A stretch of DNA of 64,000 bases, taken from NCBI GenBank assembly GCA_963817685.1, contig CAWFPN010000010.1, forward strand, positions 614,746-678,745. Direction: 5' to 3'. Shown here one piece after another: positions 1 through 9,789 of the stretch; positions within the stretch are counted from its first letter, which is position 1; every line of letters starts with the position of its first letter. Position numbers and translations under genes: made by a program. Below the pieces are notes generated by a model, which searched no databases, was not told the origin of the DNA, and saw only the letters and a list, made by a program, of their open reading frames with translations. The stretch comes from an uncultured Verrucomicrobiae bacterium (GTDB taxonomy: Bacteria; Verrucomicrobiota; Verrucomicrobiia; Palsa-1439).

Positions 1-462
1 AAAGCTCAATCCATCGTCTGACGAGATGGACATCGTATCCCCATTGAAGAAGAGCTCCAGCGTAGTAGCATTGAAGGCACTCGAATTGAGGCCTGGGATT
101 CCCCCTTGATTGAACTGCACGAGAGCATTAACCCCGGAGCCAAACATTAACTGCATATTCAGCGTGACGATGCTGGAGGATACATTTCCCATAGACATTG
201 AGAAAATGCCAAAGGAACTCAGTCCCGTTGTGCAAACCAATGGCGTGCCAGTCAGGTCAAGGAATGAACTGCTAATTTGCGAGGAAACGAACGGCCCGCC
301 GTAATTGGTGGCGTAGGACGAAAAATCGTTCGGGCCGCCATTTGCCGAAGTATATACGGTTCCTGCCGTAAACTGGCTGAACGTGATGTCGTACAGGGTC
401 TGCCCGTTGGCCGTAGCGAAACACAGAAGCGAGAAAATGCAGAGCAGGCTCTTGAACTTCAT
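1..462 (-). CDS. Hypothetical secreted protein, partial (runs off the window start)
   Basis: Not in the ORF track. ATG at 462 follows GGGGAGA; open frame MKFKSLLCIFSLLCFATANGQTLYDITF... to position 1. It has a signal-peptide-like N-terminus and a Ser/Gly/Asn-rich body. Confidence 0.6.
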   Translation of the reverse strand, partial: MKFKSLLCIFSLLCFATANGQTLYDITFSQFTAGTVYTSANGGPNDFSSYATNYGGPFVSSQISSSFLDLTGTPLVCTTGLSSFGIFSMSMGNVSSSIVTLNMQLMFGSGVNALVQFNQGGIPGLNSSAFNATTLELFFNGDTMSISSDDGLSF

Positions 463-494
463 ACGTCTCCCCTAAATCTACCCACGCATCGTAT

Positions 495-608
495 CACAGA
501 CCTCTTTGGTCGTCGAGATTATTGACAGGGCAGGATTTCGCCAGAATGCCGCCATTCCCCTAAGTCGCCCCATCATCCAGCCAGTAACGCATTCTAACAG
601 GGTCTGTG
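495..608. repeat. MITE-like element copy 1 with CACAGACC terminal inverted repeats
   Basis: CACAGACC at 495-502 and GGTCTGTG at 601-608. The right end (581-608) matches 1689-1716 at 25 of 28 nt. Confidence 0.45.
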
Positions 609-667
609 GCTCAATGCAGCCCATCTGTGGGGCTGTTGAGGGGACAGACATGCCGCAGAGGGCTGCG

Positions 668-1027
668 TCATTTCGTCCAACATTGCTTTGCCTTGCGGCC
701 TATGGCAGCACCACAGAGACCAATTATCGCCAAGACGCCGAAGAAAGCCAGTGCGATGGGCCACAGATTAAACCCATGTCCACCTGCGACCATGCTGACC
801 GCCATCCCGATGGGCAGACACAACATTGTTGCTGGGCCGATAATCCATACTGGGCCTCCTCCGAAGATGCCTAGCAGGAGACCGGCGACCGAGGGGTAAA
901 TGAATTCGTAAGGGGCGACGCTAGGATGAGCATCCAAAAACTTCATCAAAACAAGCTCGCCCGAGCCTATGGTTGCGGCAAAGACGATTTCAATCCAAAG
1001 CCTCAAGGTTGAAATTTGGCGGTTCAT
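668..1027 (-). CDS. Hypothetical membrane protein (about 4 TM segments)
   Basis: ORF MNRQISTLRLW... with several Gly-rich hydrophobic stretches. Confidence 0.6.
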   Translation of the reverse strand: MNRQISTLRLWIEIVFAATIGSGELVLMKFLDAHPSVAPYEFIYPSVAGLLLGIFGGGPVWIIGPATMLCLPIGMAVSMVAGGHGFNLWPIALAFFGVLAIIGLCGAAIGRKAKQCWTK

Positions 1028-1248
1028 AATGCCTAGCAATTGGAACTCAACCACGCTAGGCCAACGACGTCAATTCAGAATGGCCCAGGGGACAATGTTT
1101 GCGGGCCATCTGTGGGTCTCTGGAGGGTCTTTGATTTCCCGCCGCCAGGTCTTGCCTCTTGAACCTGCTGGAGACCTGGCTAGGAGTAGATTGGGGCTAG
1201 TCGTTACGCATGGGGAGCGGGTCAACGGGCAGCCGCTGGCTGAAGCCA

Positions 1249-1581
1249 TTAACGGAAACGTCTATCGCTAAGGGCAGCACAAACAACGCAAATCCTTGGC
1301 CAACCAACAAGAATACTAGAGCACAGACAACCTTCCATCTGACCCTGCTGAGAAAACCACCGAAACGGATGTGACTGGTGTACCAAAGCGTCGTGGACGG
1401 GGAACTCCTGGAATTGATGTACAGAGGACAATTGCCACAAGATGCGTGGTGCTTTGTATGTCCCGTCCTTCGAGCTTCGATGCAACATGAAGACCTGCCA
1501 CGACCCAGTGATTGCGAAGAAGATGAGAAGCGGGGCGAAGATGCATCCCAAATATAGATGCAACTGACGAATGCGGCTCAT
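1249..1581 (-). CDS. PepSY-associated TM-like small membrane protein, possibly frameshifted or truncated
   Basis: N-terminus RQLHLYLGCIFAPLLIFFAITG resembles the PepSY_TM RxxHxxxG helix. The C-terminal hydrophobic helix appears in another frame after HPFRWF. Confidence 0.5.
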   Translation of the reverse strand: MSRIRQLHLYLGCIFAPLLIFFAITGSWQVFMLHRSSKDGTYKAPRILWQLSSVHQFQEFPVHDALVHQSHPFRWFSQQGQMEGCLCSSILVGWPRICVVCAALSDRRFR

Positions 1582-1632
1582 ACGCCTGCAGTCTACCAAT
1601 CGAGAGGGGCTGGTTGCAATAGCAAGACCCTG

Positions 1633-1716
1633 CACAGACCCCGCCAGGCCGCCCTGGCCGCCGCAGCCCCCCTTGCTCCATCGCCATTCCAGTTAGGCAT
1701 TTTAACAGGGTCTGTG
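1633..1716. repeat. MITE-like element copy 2 with CACAGACCC terminal inverted repeats
   Basis: CACAGACCC at 1633-1641 and GGGTCTGTG at 1708-1716. Shares the 28-nt end with 581-608. Confidence 0.45.
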
Positions 1717-1816
1717 AATGCTTGTGGCAGAATGTGGGGCGGTCTGGGGATTGACCCAGCCTCCCCCAACCGTCGCCGCCCTACCCCACGCCATTGCCCA
1801 AAATTACCCTCTGAAA

Positions 1817-1840
1817 TACACTCACCCGTACACTCACCCG
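1817..1840. repeat. Tandem 12-bp direct repeat TACACTCACCCG x2, resembling an integrase arm-type site
   Basis: Exact tandem duplication about 130 bp beyond the 3' end of tRNA-Gly. Confidence 0.45.
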
Positions 1841-1967
1841 ATGGGCTCAAAAAGCCCCTTTTTCGGGTGATAGCAGAAATTCAAGATGGGGCAGAATTCG
1901 GGGCGAAATAAAATGCACAACCCGCCAATTACAAGCCGCCTGTGCCGATTGAGGAGCGAAAGGAATT

Positions 1968-2041
1968 TGGAGCGGGCGATGGGAATCGAACCCACCTAGC
2001 CGGCTTGGGAAGCCGGTGCATTACCACTATGCTACGCCCGC
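1968..2041 (-). tRNA. tRNA-Gly (CCC)
   Basis: Reverse complement GCGGGCGTAGCATAGTGGTAATGCACCGGCTTCCCAAGCCGGCTAGGTGGGTTCGATTCCCATCGCCCGCTCCA: cloverleaf, anticodon CCC, GTTCGA T-loop and encoded CCA. Confidence 0.97.
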
Positions 2042-2120
2042 GCAAGCAAGGCATCTATTCTCGCACTCCGCGCCGCCAAATCAAGCCCGAACAGATGGAG
2101 GACAAGGCCGCCCGAGCCTG

Positions 2121-2150
2121 CTGTCACCCCGAGCGTGACGAAGGGTCTCT
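2121..2150 (+). repeat. REP-like unit, GTCACCCCGAGC...GGGTCTC class
   Basis: Similar copies at 14252-14281 (+) and 14712-14739 (inverted). Confidence 0.6.
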
Positions 2151-2472
2151 GCCGTTCGCCGCACGAAGTGATTCGGAAGACAAAAATCAGTCTGCAAAAA
2201 ACCTTATGGCAGTCGGAAGGCAGAAGAAGGTTTCTTGCGACCATTTTGAGAGCCGTTCCGAATGCAGGCCGCGCCTGACACCGGTTGATGCGGCGATTCT
2301 GTCATCGTGTCCTTCATCCAAGTCCTTTCGTGTCAAATTGTCAGTGTTTCGGGCGCTTTTGTGTCTGTTGGCTTTTGCAAAAGCATTTCTGCCGCAGCCT
2401 CTTGCGCTGGAGTTTGAAAATCTGGCACTTTTTCTGCAATCGTTTGTTGGAGGTGAGGAAGGTAGGGCAATC

Positions 2473-2811
2473 ATGGTAATCATCAACGGCATGGGCAGGC
2501 AGGCATTCCAAAAGTTGCTGCCCCGGAACGTGGGTTTGGAAATCGGTGTCGGCGAAGAGTACGAGTGGTATGGGGACCTGACAGAAACCATCCTGGGCGC
2601 CGTTGGCGTCAGTAAGCACAAGGGCTGGAACTTCGCTATCATCAAGCCCGACATCACAGGCAACTTCCGCGTCTGCAAACGACAGGAAAGCTTTCCCAAC
2701 CGTCATACCGCAAGGATTGGATTGCTGCGGCAGATGGCGGAGGCACAAGGACCAGAAGCAAACCGGGGCGAATTTGTCGCCAAGGTCTGCGAATCAAGCA
2801 GTGCGGTGTAG
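2473..2811 (+). CDS. Hypothetical protein (112 aa)
   Basis: ATG at 2473 follows purine-rich GGAGGTGAGGAAGG. Globular-looking composition; it is the C-terminal part of the 1942..2811 track ORF. Confidence 0.6.
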   Translation: MVIINGMGRQAFQKLLPRNVGLEIGVGEEYEWYGDLTETILGAVGVSKHKGWNFAIIKPDITGNFRVCKRQESFPNRHTARIGLLRQMAEAQGPEANRGEFVAKVCESSSAV

Positions 2812-2830
2812 AGACAGAGGAGCAGCCACT

Positions 2831-2947
2831 ATGAATTCCAAAGAGGATCCGTCCAATTGGGATGTTTTTATTAAGGTCTGGCTCGGGTTAGGACTCACGT
2901 TTTGGGTGGGTCTGGGGGGCATGGTTTTTTGGTGTCTGATTCGATGA
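2831..2947 (+). CDS. Small single-TM protein (38 aa)
   Basis: MNSKEDPSNWDVFIKVWLGLGLTFWVGLGGMVFWCLIR with GAGGAG upstream. Confidence 0.45.
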   Translation: MNSKEDPSNWDVFIKVWLGLGLTFWVGLGGMVFWCLIR

Positions 2948-3054
2948 TGTTTCCGGATGGAAGGTCAGGTAGGGGAAGAAGCGTCATATCACCGGAAGGG
3001 GCTGGCTGAAAACACCTCACCAGTCACGGCCAGCCCGTCACAGGCGACAAAGCG

Positions 3055-3088
3055 AGACAGCGGCAATCTTCGTTGATTGCCGCTGTCT
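3055..3088. terminator. Perfect 14-bp stem hairpin, possible terminator or operator
   Basis: AGACAGCGGCAATC-TTCGTT-GATTGCCGCTGTCT; no clear U-tract. Confidence 0.35.
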
Positions 3089-3191
3089 TGTCATGTGCAC
3101 GAGAGACGGCATCGGAGACCATGCATTGGAAACCGATCCTCGCCTCTTCCTCGCTGGCAAACGCACCGGGTTCTGATATTCTCCCCCCGGC

Positions 3192-3479
3192 ATGGCGGAG
3201 CCAGGCGTCATTCAGATCGAAGAGACAAAGACCGGGGAGGCGCTCGATACGCCCTGGAACGTGGTCGTTTATAATGATCCGATCAACCTGATGAGCTACG
3301 TCACCATGGTCTTCCAGCGCGTGTTCGGTTACCCGCGCGAGAGGGCCGAGCGCCATATGCTCGAAGTCCACAAGAAGGGCCGCTCGCTGGTCTGGTCGGG
3401 CGGCCGGGAACAGGCGGAACATTACGTCCACCAGTTGCACGGCTACCAGTTGCTCGCCCGACTGGAGAAATCCTCGTGA
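3192..3479 (+). CDS. clpS: ATP-dependent Clp protease adaptor ClpS
   Basis: WNVVVYNDPINLMSYV, MLEVHKKG and EQAE are ClpS motifs. Confidence 0.95.
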   Translation: MAEPGVIQIEETKTGEALDTPWNVVVYNDPINLMSYVTMVFQRVFGYPRERAERHMLEVHKKGRSLVWSGGREQAEHYVHQLHGYQLLARLEKSS

Positions 3480-4015
3480 TGAGCCGCTTGCGCGTCCAGC
3501 CCATCGACACGAAAACCATCCGCATCAGCGGCATCGAGCCGTTTCTGGCGGATTGCCTGGAGACTCTGGGCGAGACACTGGAGCAGCGCGATTCGCCCAG
3601 GGCCAGCGGACGGCTGTTCCCCCCGCCTACAGCGGACAGCGACAAGGCCAACGCGGACTGGCAGAAGTTCGTCGACCCGGATTTGCGGCATCTGTTCGTC
3701 TCCGCCGGGGAAACGGTGCTGCGCGACCTGACGGGATTGCAGGCGGACGAGGAAGCGCCGGCCTCATTTCAGGTTAGTTTTTCCGCCGAACACGTGAACG
3801 CCTGGATCAGCGCGCTGAACCAGGCGCGGCTGATTCTCGGCGAGTTGTTCCACATCACCGAAGACGACCTGAACAAGACGCGCTTCGACGTCACCGATGA
3901 GCGGACGCTGGCCATCGTCCGGGTCCATCTGTTCGGCTATCTGCTGCAGCTGTTTGTGGAACTGGCATCAGGAAATGCGGAGGCAGGCGGCGATGAGCCG
4001 AAAAATCCTGTTTGA
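3476..4015 (+). CDS. DUF2017-family protein
   Basis: Coupled downstream of clpS; RLFP...ADWQKFVDPDL and AWISALNQARL are typical of the family. Confidence 0.75.
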   Translation: MMSRLRVQPIDTKTIRISGIEPFLADCLETLGETLEQRDSPRASGRLFPPPTADSDKANADWQKFVDPDLRHLFVSAGETVLRDLTGLQADEEAPASFQVSFSAEHVNAWISALNQARLILGELFHITEDDLNKTRFDVTDERTLAIVRVHLFGYLLQLFVELASGNAEAGGDEPKNPV

Positions 4016-4214
4016 GGGCCCGGCCGTCAAATCCGAGCTGGTCGTGTTGATGCTGGAGAAGTGGGGCCTGCATCCGGAATTCCAGGAGGCGACGGCCGGC
4101 CCCGACACCGAAGATCTCGATCGTGATACCCGCGTGTTGGTCCCCGAGGAAGAGCACGAGCGCGCCCGGGAGATTCTCTGGGGCGAAAGCGAAATTGAAC
4201 GGGCGGGGTTTTAG
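3993..4214 (+). CDS. Small DUF2007-like putative signal-transducing protein
   Basis: MSRKILF...VLMLEKWGL...RVLVPEEEHERAREIL pattern. Confidence 0.6.
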   Translation: MSRKILFEGPAVKSELVVLMLEKWGLHPEFQEATAGPDTEDLDRDTRVLVPEEEHERAREILWGESEIERAGF

Positions 4215-4239
4215 AGTGACTAAGTGGCCAGGTGCTTGA

Positions 4240-4656
4240 GTGCCTGAGAGTGTGTGTGGGAAAAGAATAGTCCTGGTTTTCTGCGCGCTGGCGGCGGCGG
4301 CTGTCGCGTTCCATTTCCGCGACGGCATTCAGTGCCGTTTCTTTCCCCGGTCCTACTGGAACGGGCAAGTCCGGTCCTGCGAAACCACGGTGGATGCCCA
4401 ATTGGCCCGGCGCTCCTCCCTGCAGCAACTGCTCCAACGAGCGACCGAGACGCGCAGCCAGCACACACTCGATGAGTACTACGGATTCAGGGAAGTCGAG
4501 GTCTTCGACGACGAAGCCTGGCATAGGGCGGAAAAGAAGGTCGCATCCGATCTGTCAGCCATCTCCAACGACCTCGTTAACTGCCAAGCCACCCTGCAAA
4601 AAAAGGAAGGAGAACTCGAAGCCGCCCGCGCGGAATTGGCGAAAGCCCGGGAATGA
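4240..4656 (+). CDS. Hypothetical protein with N-terminal anchor and coiled coil
   Basis: Hydrophobic N-terminal helix and heptad-like C-terminus; start codon uncertain. Confidence 0.55.
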   Translation: MPESVCGKRIVLVFCALAAAAVAFHFRDGIQCRFFPRSYWNGQVRSCETTVDAQLARRSSLQQLLQRATETRSQHTLDEYYGFREVEVFDDEAWHRAEKKVASDLSAISNDLVNCQATLQKKEGELEAARAELAKARE

Positions 4657-4660
4657 GGCG

Positions 4661-5593
<933 letters not shown>

Positions 5594-5611
5594 CGCATCA
5601 CCCCCACTTTC

Positions 5612-5637
5612 GTAAGAGCGCCCTTCCGGGCGCGACC
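5612..5637 (+). repeat. GTAG-type REP at the 3' end of RAYT1
   Basis: GTAAGAGCGCCCTTCCGGGCGCGACC, an inverted near-copy of 6139-6164. Confidence 0.85.
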
Positions 5638-6138
5638 CACGCCGTCCAACCATGCCCAATCGATCAGGTGCGAATATCGCGGATTGGCGGAAGAATATTC
5701 ATATTCGTGTTCGAGCCGTGCCAATCCTTTGCGGACGGGATTCCCATGCATATATGAAAGTCTGGTCTCGAAGTCCTTCCGATCCCGCACAAAATGATCA
5801 TGAAAGCCGGATTGCCAAAGCTGCCCTTGTCGACCAAGCAATTCGTTGAGCTTTTTACCCGTGTATCCCTTGAACGAATCCATTATTTCGGAGAGGGAAT
5901 GCTCTGCCGCCAATACAAATGCAGCATGAACATGGTCGGGCATTATAACGAACCCCATCAGGCGGACGCGGCCGTGTTCTTGCAGCCATGTGAGCGAGGT
6001 AATAACGATTTCTGCCATCTCCGAGTTGGCAAAAAGCGGGTCACGGTCTGCGGAGTTAACCGTCACAAAGTAGCAGAGATTCGGAGTCGAGACTCGACCC
6101 TTGCGCAATGCGCTTTGGTGCGGAGAGCGTTGTCGGGT

Positions 6139-6164
6139 GGTCGCGCCCGGAAGGGCGCTCCTAC
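6139..6164 (-). repeat. GTAG-type REP at the 5' end of RAYT1
   Basis: Reverse complement GTAGGAGCGCCCTTCCGGGCGCGACC: GTAG tetranucleotide plus an imperfect hairpin. Confidence 0.85.
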
Positions 6165-6173
6165 GGGCCGAAG

Positions 6174-7175
6174 TCATACAATGCTCCTTTGGAGATCCGG
6201 CTTCTCCCAATACGGGCAACGTACGCGGCGCGAGCCGCCTTGGACCTCCACCAACGGCGGCCCGGGATCGACGGTGCAATCGGCCTGCGCCCGGTCGCAG
6301 CGCGGATGGAATTTGCAGCCGGCCGGCAGATGCGCGGGGTTGGGGACGGTCCCGGGAATCGATTGCAGCCGCGTGGCGCGGGCGCCGAGCTCCGGGATCG
6401 ACCGCATTAATGCCAGCGTGTACGGATGCAGCGGCTTCGCCAACAAGGCGGCCGCCGGCGACGTTTCCACGATGCGGCCGCCGTACATCACCGCCACGTT
6501 GTCGGCCAGTTCGCCGACAATGCCCAGGTTGTGCGTGATGAGTAAAATGCTCATGCCGAGCTGCTGTTTCAAGTCCTTCAACAAATCCAAAATCTGCGCC
6601 TGGATCGTCACGTCCAGCGCCGTGGTCGGTTCATCGGCGACCAGCAGCGCCGGGTTGCAGGCCAGCGCCATGGCGATCATCACGCGTTGCTGCATGCCGC
6701 CGCTGAGCTGGTGCGGATAATCCCGCAGCCGGCGCTCCGGCTCGGGAATCCCGACCAGTTTCAGCAGCCGAATCACTTCCGCATCCGTGGCGGCGTCGGG
6801 CCGATGCAACTGCAGCGATTCCTTGATCTGCGCGCCGATGCGGAACACCGGGTTCAGCGAGGTGGCGGGTTCCTGGAACACGTAGGAGATCTTCGCGCCG
6901 CGGATCGCCCGCAACCGTTCCTTGTCCATCTTCAAGACGTCTTCGCCGTCGAGCAGCACCTCGCCGCCCTTGTACACGCCCGGCGGCGTGGCGACCAGTT
7001 TCGCCAGCGACAACGCCGTCACGCTCTTGCCGCTGCCCGATTCCCCCACCAACGCCAGCGTCTCGCCGCGCTTGATGGAAAACGACACCCCGTCCACCGC
7101 GCGCACTTCCCCTTCATCGGTGAAGAAGCTCACGCACAAATCGCGGACATCGAGCAATGTTGCGGTGGTTGTCAT
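6174..7175 (-). CDS. oppD: Oligopeptide ABC transporter ATP-binding protein (OppD/DppD type)
   Basis: [35 protein letters not shown]-terminal GCKFHPRC; start MTTTATLL at 7175. Confidence 0.9.
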   Translation of the reverse strand: MTTTATLLDVRDLCVSFFTDEGEVRAVDGVSFSIKRGETLALVGESGSGKSVTALSLAKLVATPPGVYKGGEVLLDGEDVLKMDKERLRAIRGAKISYVFQEPATSLNPVFRIGAQIKESLQLHRPDAATDAEVIRLLKLVGIPEPERRLRDYPHQLSGGMQQRVMIAMALACNPALLVADEPTTALDVTIQAQILDLLKDLKQQLGMSILLITHNLGIVGELADNVAVMYGGRIVETSPAAALLAKPLHPYTLALMRSIPELGARATRLQSIPGTVPNPAHLPAGCKFHPRCDRAQADCTVDPGPPLVEVQGGSRRVRCPYWEKPDLQRSIV

Positions 7176-7546
7176 CGCTTGCGTTTGAACTTTACACCTT
7201 CGATCTTTTCGAAATCTGCGTCCTGCGTCCACAAGGTCGCCTGATGCGCCCTCGTGGTTGCCAGGATCACGCTGTCGGCCAGTGGTAGTTCGAGTTCGAC
7301 GCTTAGGCGGGCTGCTTCCAACGCGAGTTTGCCATCCAGATCAACCAAGCGGCCCTGCTGCATCAGGGCCGCCGCTTGCAACGCGTCGTTTTCGCCGCGC
7401 TGCTGCACGACACGTTTGAATACTTCAAAAACAGAGAGCGTCGGGACGACCAAGTTGACCGTATCTTCGATGATAGGGGCAAAGAATCCCGCGTTTGGCC
7501 CGCCGGCAAAATATTCCAGCCAACCTGAGGAATCCACGACATTCAC
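7172..7546 (-). CDS. vapC: PIN-domain toxin (VapC family)
   Basis: VVDSS...E...LADSVILAT...LWTQDADF acidic PIN motifs. Confidence 0.9.
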   Translation of the reverse strand: MNVVDSSGWLEYFAGGPNAGFFAPIIEDTVNLVVPTLSVFEVFKRVVQQRGENDALQAAALMQQGRLVDLDGKLALEAARLSVELELPLADSVILATTRAHQATLWTQDADFEKIEGVKFKRKR

Positions 7547-7749
7547 AGGCGGTCTCCTTCGCGCGGGACACTGGTATCGATGCCCTTCAGAAATCCGCGC
7601 ATGGATTTCAACGCTTTCACCGGGATGAATTCGATGCGGTCGCCATACTGCAACACCTGGATTTTCTCACCGGGTTGCAACTGGAGCGACTCGCGCACCG
7701 AAAGAGGAATGACCACTTGAAATTTCGGAGAGATGGTTACGGTTGTCAT
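7543..7749 (-). CDS. vapB: AbrB/MazE/SpoVT-fold antitoxin (VapB)
   Basis: MTTVTISPKFQVVIPLSVRESLQLQPGEKI; overlaps vapC by 4 nt. Confidence 0.88.
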   Translation of the reverse strand: MTTVTISPKFQVVIPLSVRESLQLQPGEKIQVLQYGDRIEFIPVKALKSMRGFLKGIDTSVPREGDRL

Positions 7750-7769
7750 ATCGATCAAATTTTCGTAAA

Positions 7770-7798
7770 ACGATAGCACGATCGAACGGTTATGTCAA
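7770..7798 (-). promoter_or_regulatory. Sigma70-type promoter of vapBC
   Basis: TTGACA-17 nt-TATCGT, starting directly after the oppC TAG. Confidence 0.7.
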
Positions 7799-8752
7799 CT
7801 ACCCCGTCTTCGCCTCCACCGTTCTGAGTTTCGGGTCAAGCGCATCCCGCAAGGCGTCGCCAAAAAGGTTCAGCGCCAGCACCAGGAAGAACATGGCCAC
7901 GGTGGCCCCGCCCAGTTCCCACCAGTTGCCGAGCCAGAGGCGCTGCTTGGCGTCGTTGATGATCGTGCCCCAGCTCGGTTCGCTGGCGACGCCGATGCCC
8001 AGGTAACTCAGCACGACCTCGGTGAGGATCAGGCCGGGAAAACGCAGGGAGAAATTAATGATGATCAGGTGCAGCACGTTGGGCATGATGTGGCGGAACA
8101 TGATCGCGCCGTGGCTGACCCCCAAAGCGCGGGCGGCCAGCACGTATTGGCGTTCGCGGTGCTTGAGATACTCGCCGCGGATGAGACGGCACAACCCAAC
8201 CCAGCCGGTGAACCCCATCGCCACGCAAATCGCCAGCAGCCCCGGATCAATGTAGCGGGTGACGGATTGCATGGCCGCGCTGCGTTCCACCGCCGCGCGC
8301 GTGACATAAGCCACCGACATGATCAACAGAATGTCCGGCACCGACGCCACCACGGAAAAGACGTAGACGATCGCGCTATCGAGCTTGCCCCCGAAGTAGC
8401 CCGCCAGCGCGCCGAGCACGAAGCCCAGCGGGATCACAATGATCGAGGTGAGCAGGCCGATCTCGAAGGCGATCCGCGTGCCCTGGGCCAACTGGTTCAG
8501 ATTGTCGCGTCCGGCGAAGTTGGTGCCCAGCGGATGCGCCAGGCTCGGCAGTTCGTTGCGGATTTCGTAGTGGGAAACCTTGTAGGCGGGCGTGATGCCG
8601 CGGATTTTGGCGGTCCAATAAACGCCTTCAGCGTAGACCCAGGTCGCGGTGTACACGCAGAGGATCGCCAGGCAAACCATCGCCACCCGGTTGCGGCGCA
8701 ATTGCCGCCAAGCGAGCTTCCACAAGCCTTCCGGTTGGGTCATCGCGCTCAT
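7799..8752 (-). CDS. oppC: Oligopeptide ABC permease OppC
   Basis: HPLGTN..GRD, RLIRGE, EAA-like YVLAARALG, ALNLFGDALRDALDP. Confidence 0.9.
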   Translation of the reverse strand: MSAMTQPEGLWKLAWRQLRRNRVAMVCLAILCVYTATWVYAEGVYWTAKIRGITPAYKVSHYEIRNELPSLAHPLGTNFAGRDNLNQLAQGTRIAFEIGLLTSIIVIPLGFVLGALAGYFGGKLDSAIVYVFSVVASVPDILLIMSVAYVTRAAVERSAAMQSVTRYIDPGLLAICVAMGFTGWVGLCRLIRGEYLKHRERQYVLAARALGVSHGAIMFRHIMPNVLHLIIINFSLRFPGLILTEVVLSYLGIGVASEPSWGTIINDAKQRLWLGNWWELGGATVAMFFLVLALNLFGDALRDALDPKLRTVEAKTG

Positions 8753-9705
8753 TTCAACCGGATCCTCGGGTCGGCCCAGGTGTAGGCAATGTCGGTCAGG
8801 GCGTTGAACAGGACGAACAGCACCGCGCCGATGAACGTGGTGGCGAACACGACGTTGTCATCGAAATTTTGTAGCGCCATCACCGTCAGGCGGCCCAGGC
8901 CGGGGATGCCGAAGAAATTCTCCAGCAACAGTTCGCCCGTGTAAAGAAACGGGATGGCGATAATCACGTTGGTCAGGATCGGGATCAGCGAGTTGCGCAG
9001 GACGTGGCGGAACAGGATCGCGCGGGACGACACCCCCTTGGCCAGGGCGGTCCGGACGTATTCCTGGTACATCTCGTCGAGCATCACCGTCCGATAGAAC
9101 CGCAGGCTGCCGCCCACCCCGCCGACCACGCCGACCAGCACCGGCAAAATCAAATACCGCGGCCCCTCGAATCCCCAGACGGGAAACAAGCGCCACTGGC
9201 CGGCCAGCCAGTATTGCGCGAGCATGATATAGACCAGCGAGCTGACGCTCATGCCCATCACGGCCACCAACACCAGGCCACGATCAATCCACGTGTTGCG
9301 GTAATACGCGGCCAGCAACGCCAGCGCCACCGCCAGCAACAGTTCGATCACAAACAGCGGCAGCGCCACGCACAACGACGGCCCCGCGCCCTCGCGCAAC
9401 ATCGTGCTCACACGCTGTTTGGTGGTGATCGATTCTCCAAAATCAAACCGCAGGAGATTGCCGCACAGGATCGGGAATTGCGCATCGAACAGGTCGCGGG
9501 GAAACTCGCGGAGATTGAGGAACAGCGGTTTGTCGTAGCCGCGTTCGTGGCTGATCTGCGCGATCCGCGCCGGCGTGGCGTTCTTGCCCGCCAGCCGGTA
9601 GGCCGGGTTGCCGCCCACGACGCGGAACACAAAGAACGTGATGAACAACACCCCGATGGTGATCGGAATGACGGACAACAGGCGGCGTATGATGTAGGAG
9701 ATCAT
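8749..9705 (-). CDS. oppB: Oligopeptide ABC permease OppB
   Basis: MISYIIRRLL, FDFGES, EYVRTALAKG, ENFFGIPGLGRL, ADPRIR. Confidence 0.9.
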   Translation of the reverse strand: MISYIIRRLLSVIPITIGVLFITFFVFRVVGGNPAYRLAGKNATPARIAQISHERGYDKPLFLNLREFPRDLFDAQFPILCGNLLRFDFGESITTKQRVSTMLREGAGPSLCVALPLFVIELLLAVALALLAAYYRNTWIDRGLVLVAVMGMSVSSLVYIMLAQYWLAGQWRLFPVWGFEGPRYLILPVLVGVVGGVGGSLRFYRTVMLDEMYQEYVRTALAKGVSSRAILFRHVLRNSLIPILTNVIIAIPFLYTGELLLENFFGIPGLGRLTVMALQNFDDNVVFATTFIGAVLFVLFNALTDIAYTWADPRIRLK

Positions 9706-9725
9706 GGTCGATCCAAATGGTGTGG

Positions 9726-9784
9726 GCCACAGATGCACACAGATAAACGCGGATCATCTGTGAAAATCTGTGTGAATCTGTGGC
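9726..9784. repeat. Inverted array of ~10-nt CACAGAT units between oppA and oppB
   Basis: GCCACAGATGCACACAGAT ... ATCTGTGAAAATCTGTGTGAATCTGTGGC. Related units occur at 14127-14157 and in the mosaic repeats. Confidence 0.7.
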
Positions 9785-9789
9785 TCATA

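Noticed and set aside
480-1720. Integron cassette array (small co-oriented genes; GTTAGGC at 1693; an attC-like end GCGTGGTTGAG...GCTAGGC just before the ATG at 1027)
   Set aside because: No complete attC with paired R and L boxes at 57-141 bp spacing, no intI in the window, and the genes appear to have their own promoters. Only isolated half-site resemblances remain.
1942-2472. N-terminal part of the 289-aa track ORF
   Set aside because: It overlaps the tRNA and a REP on the opposite strand. The plausible gene starts at 2473.
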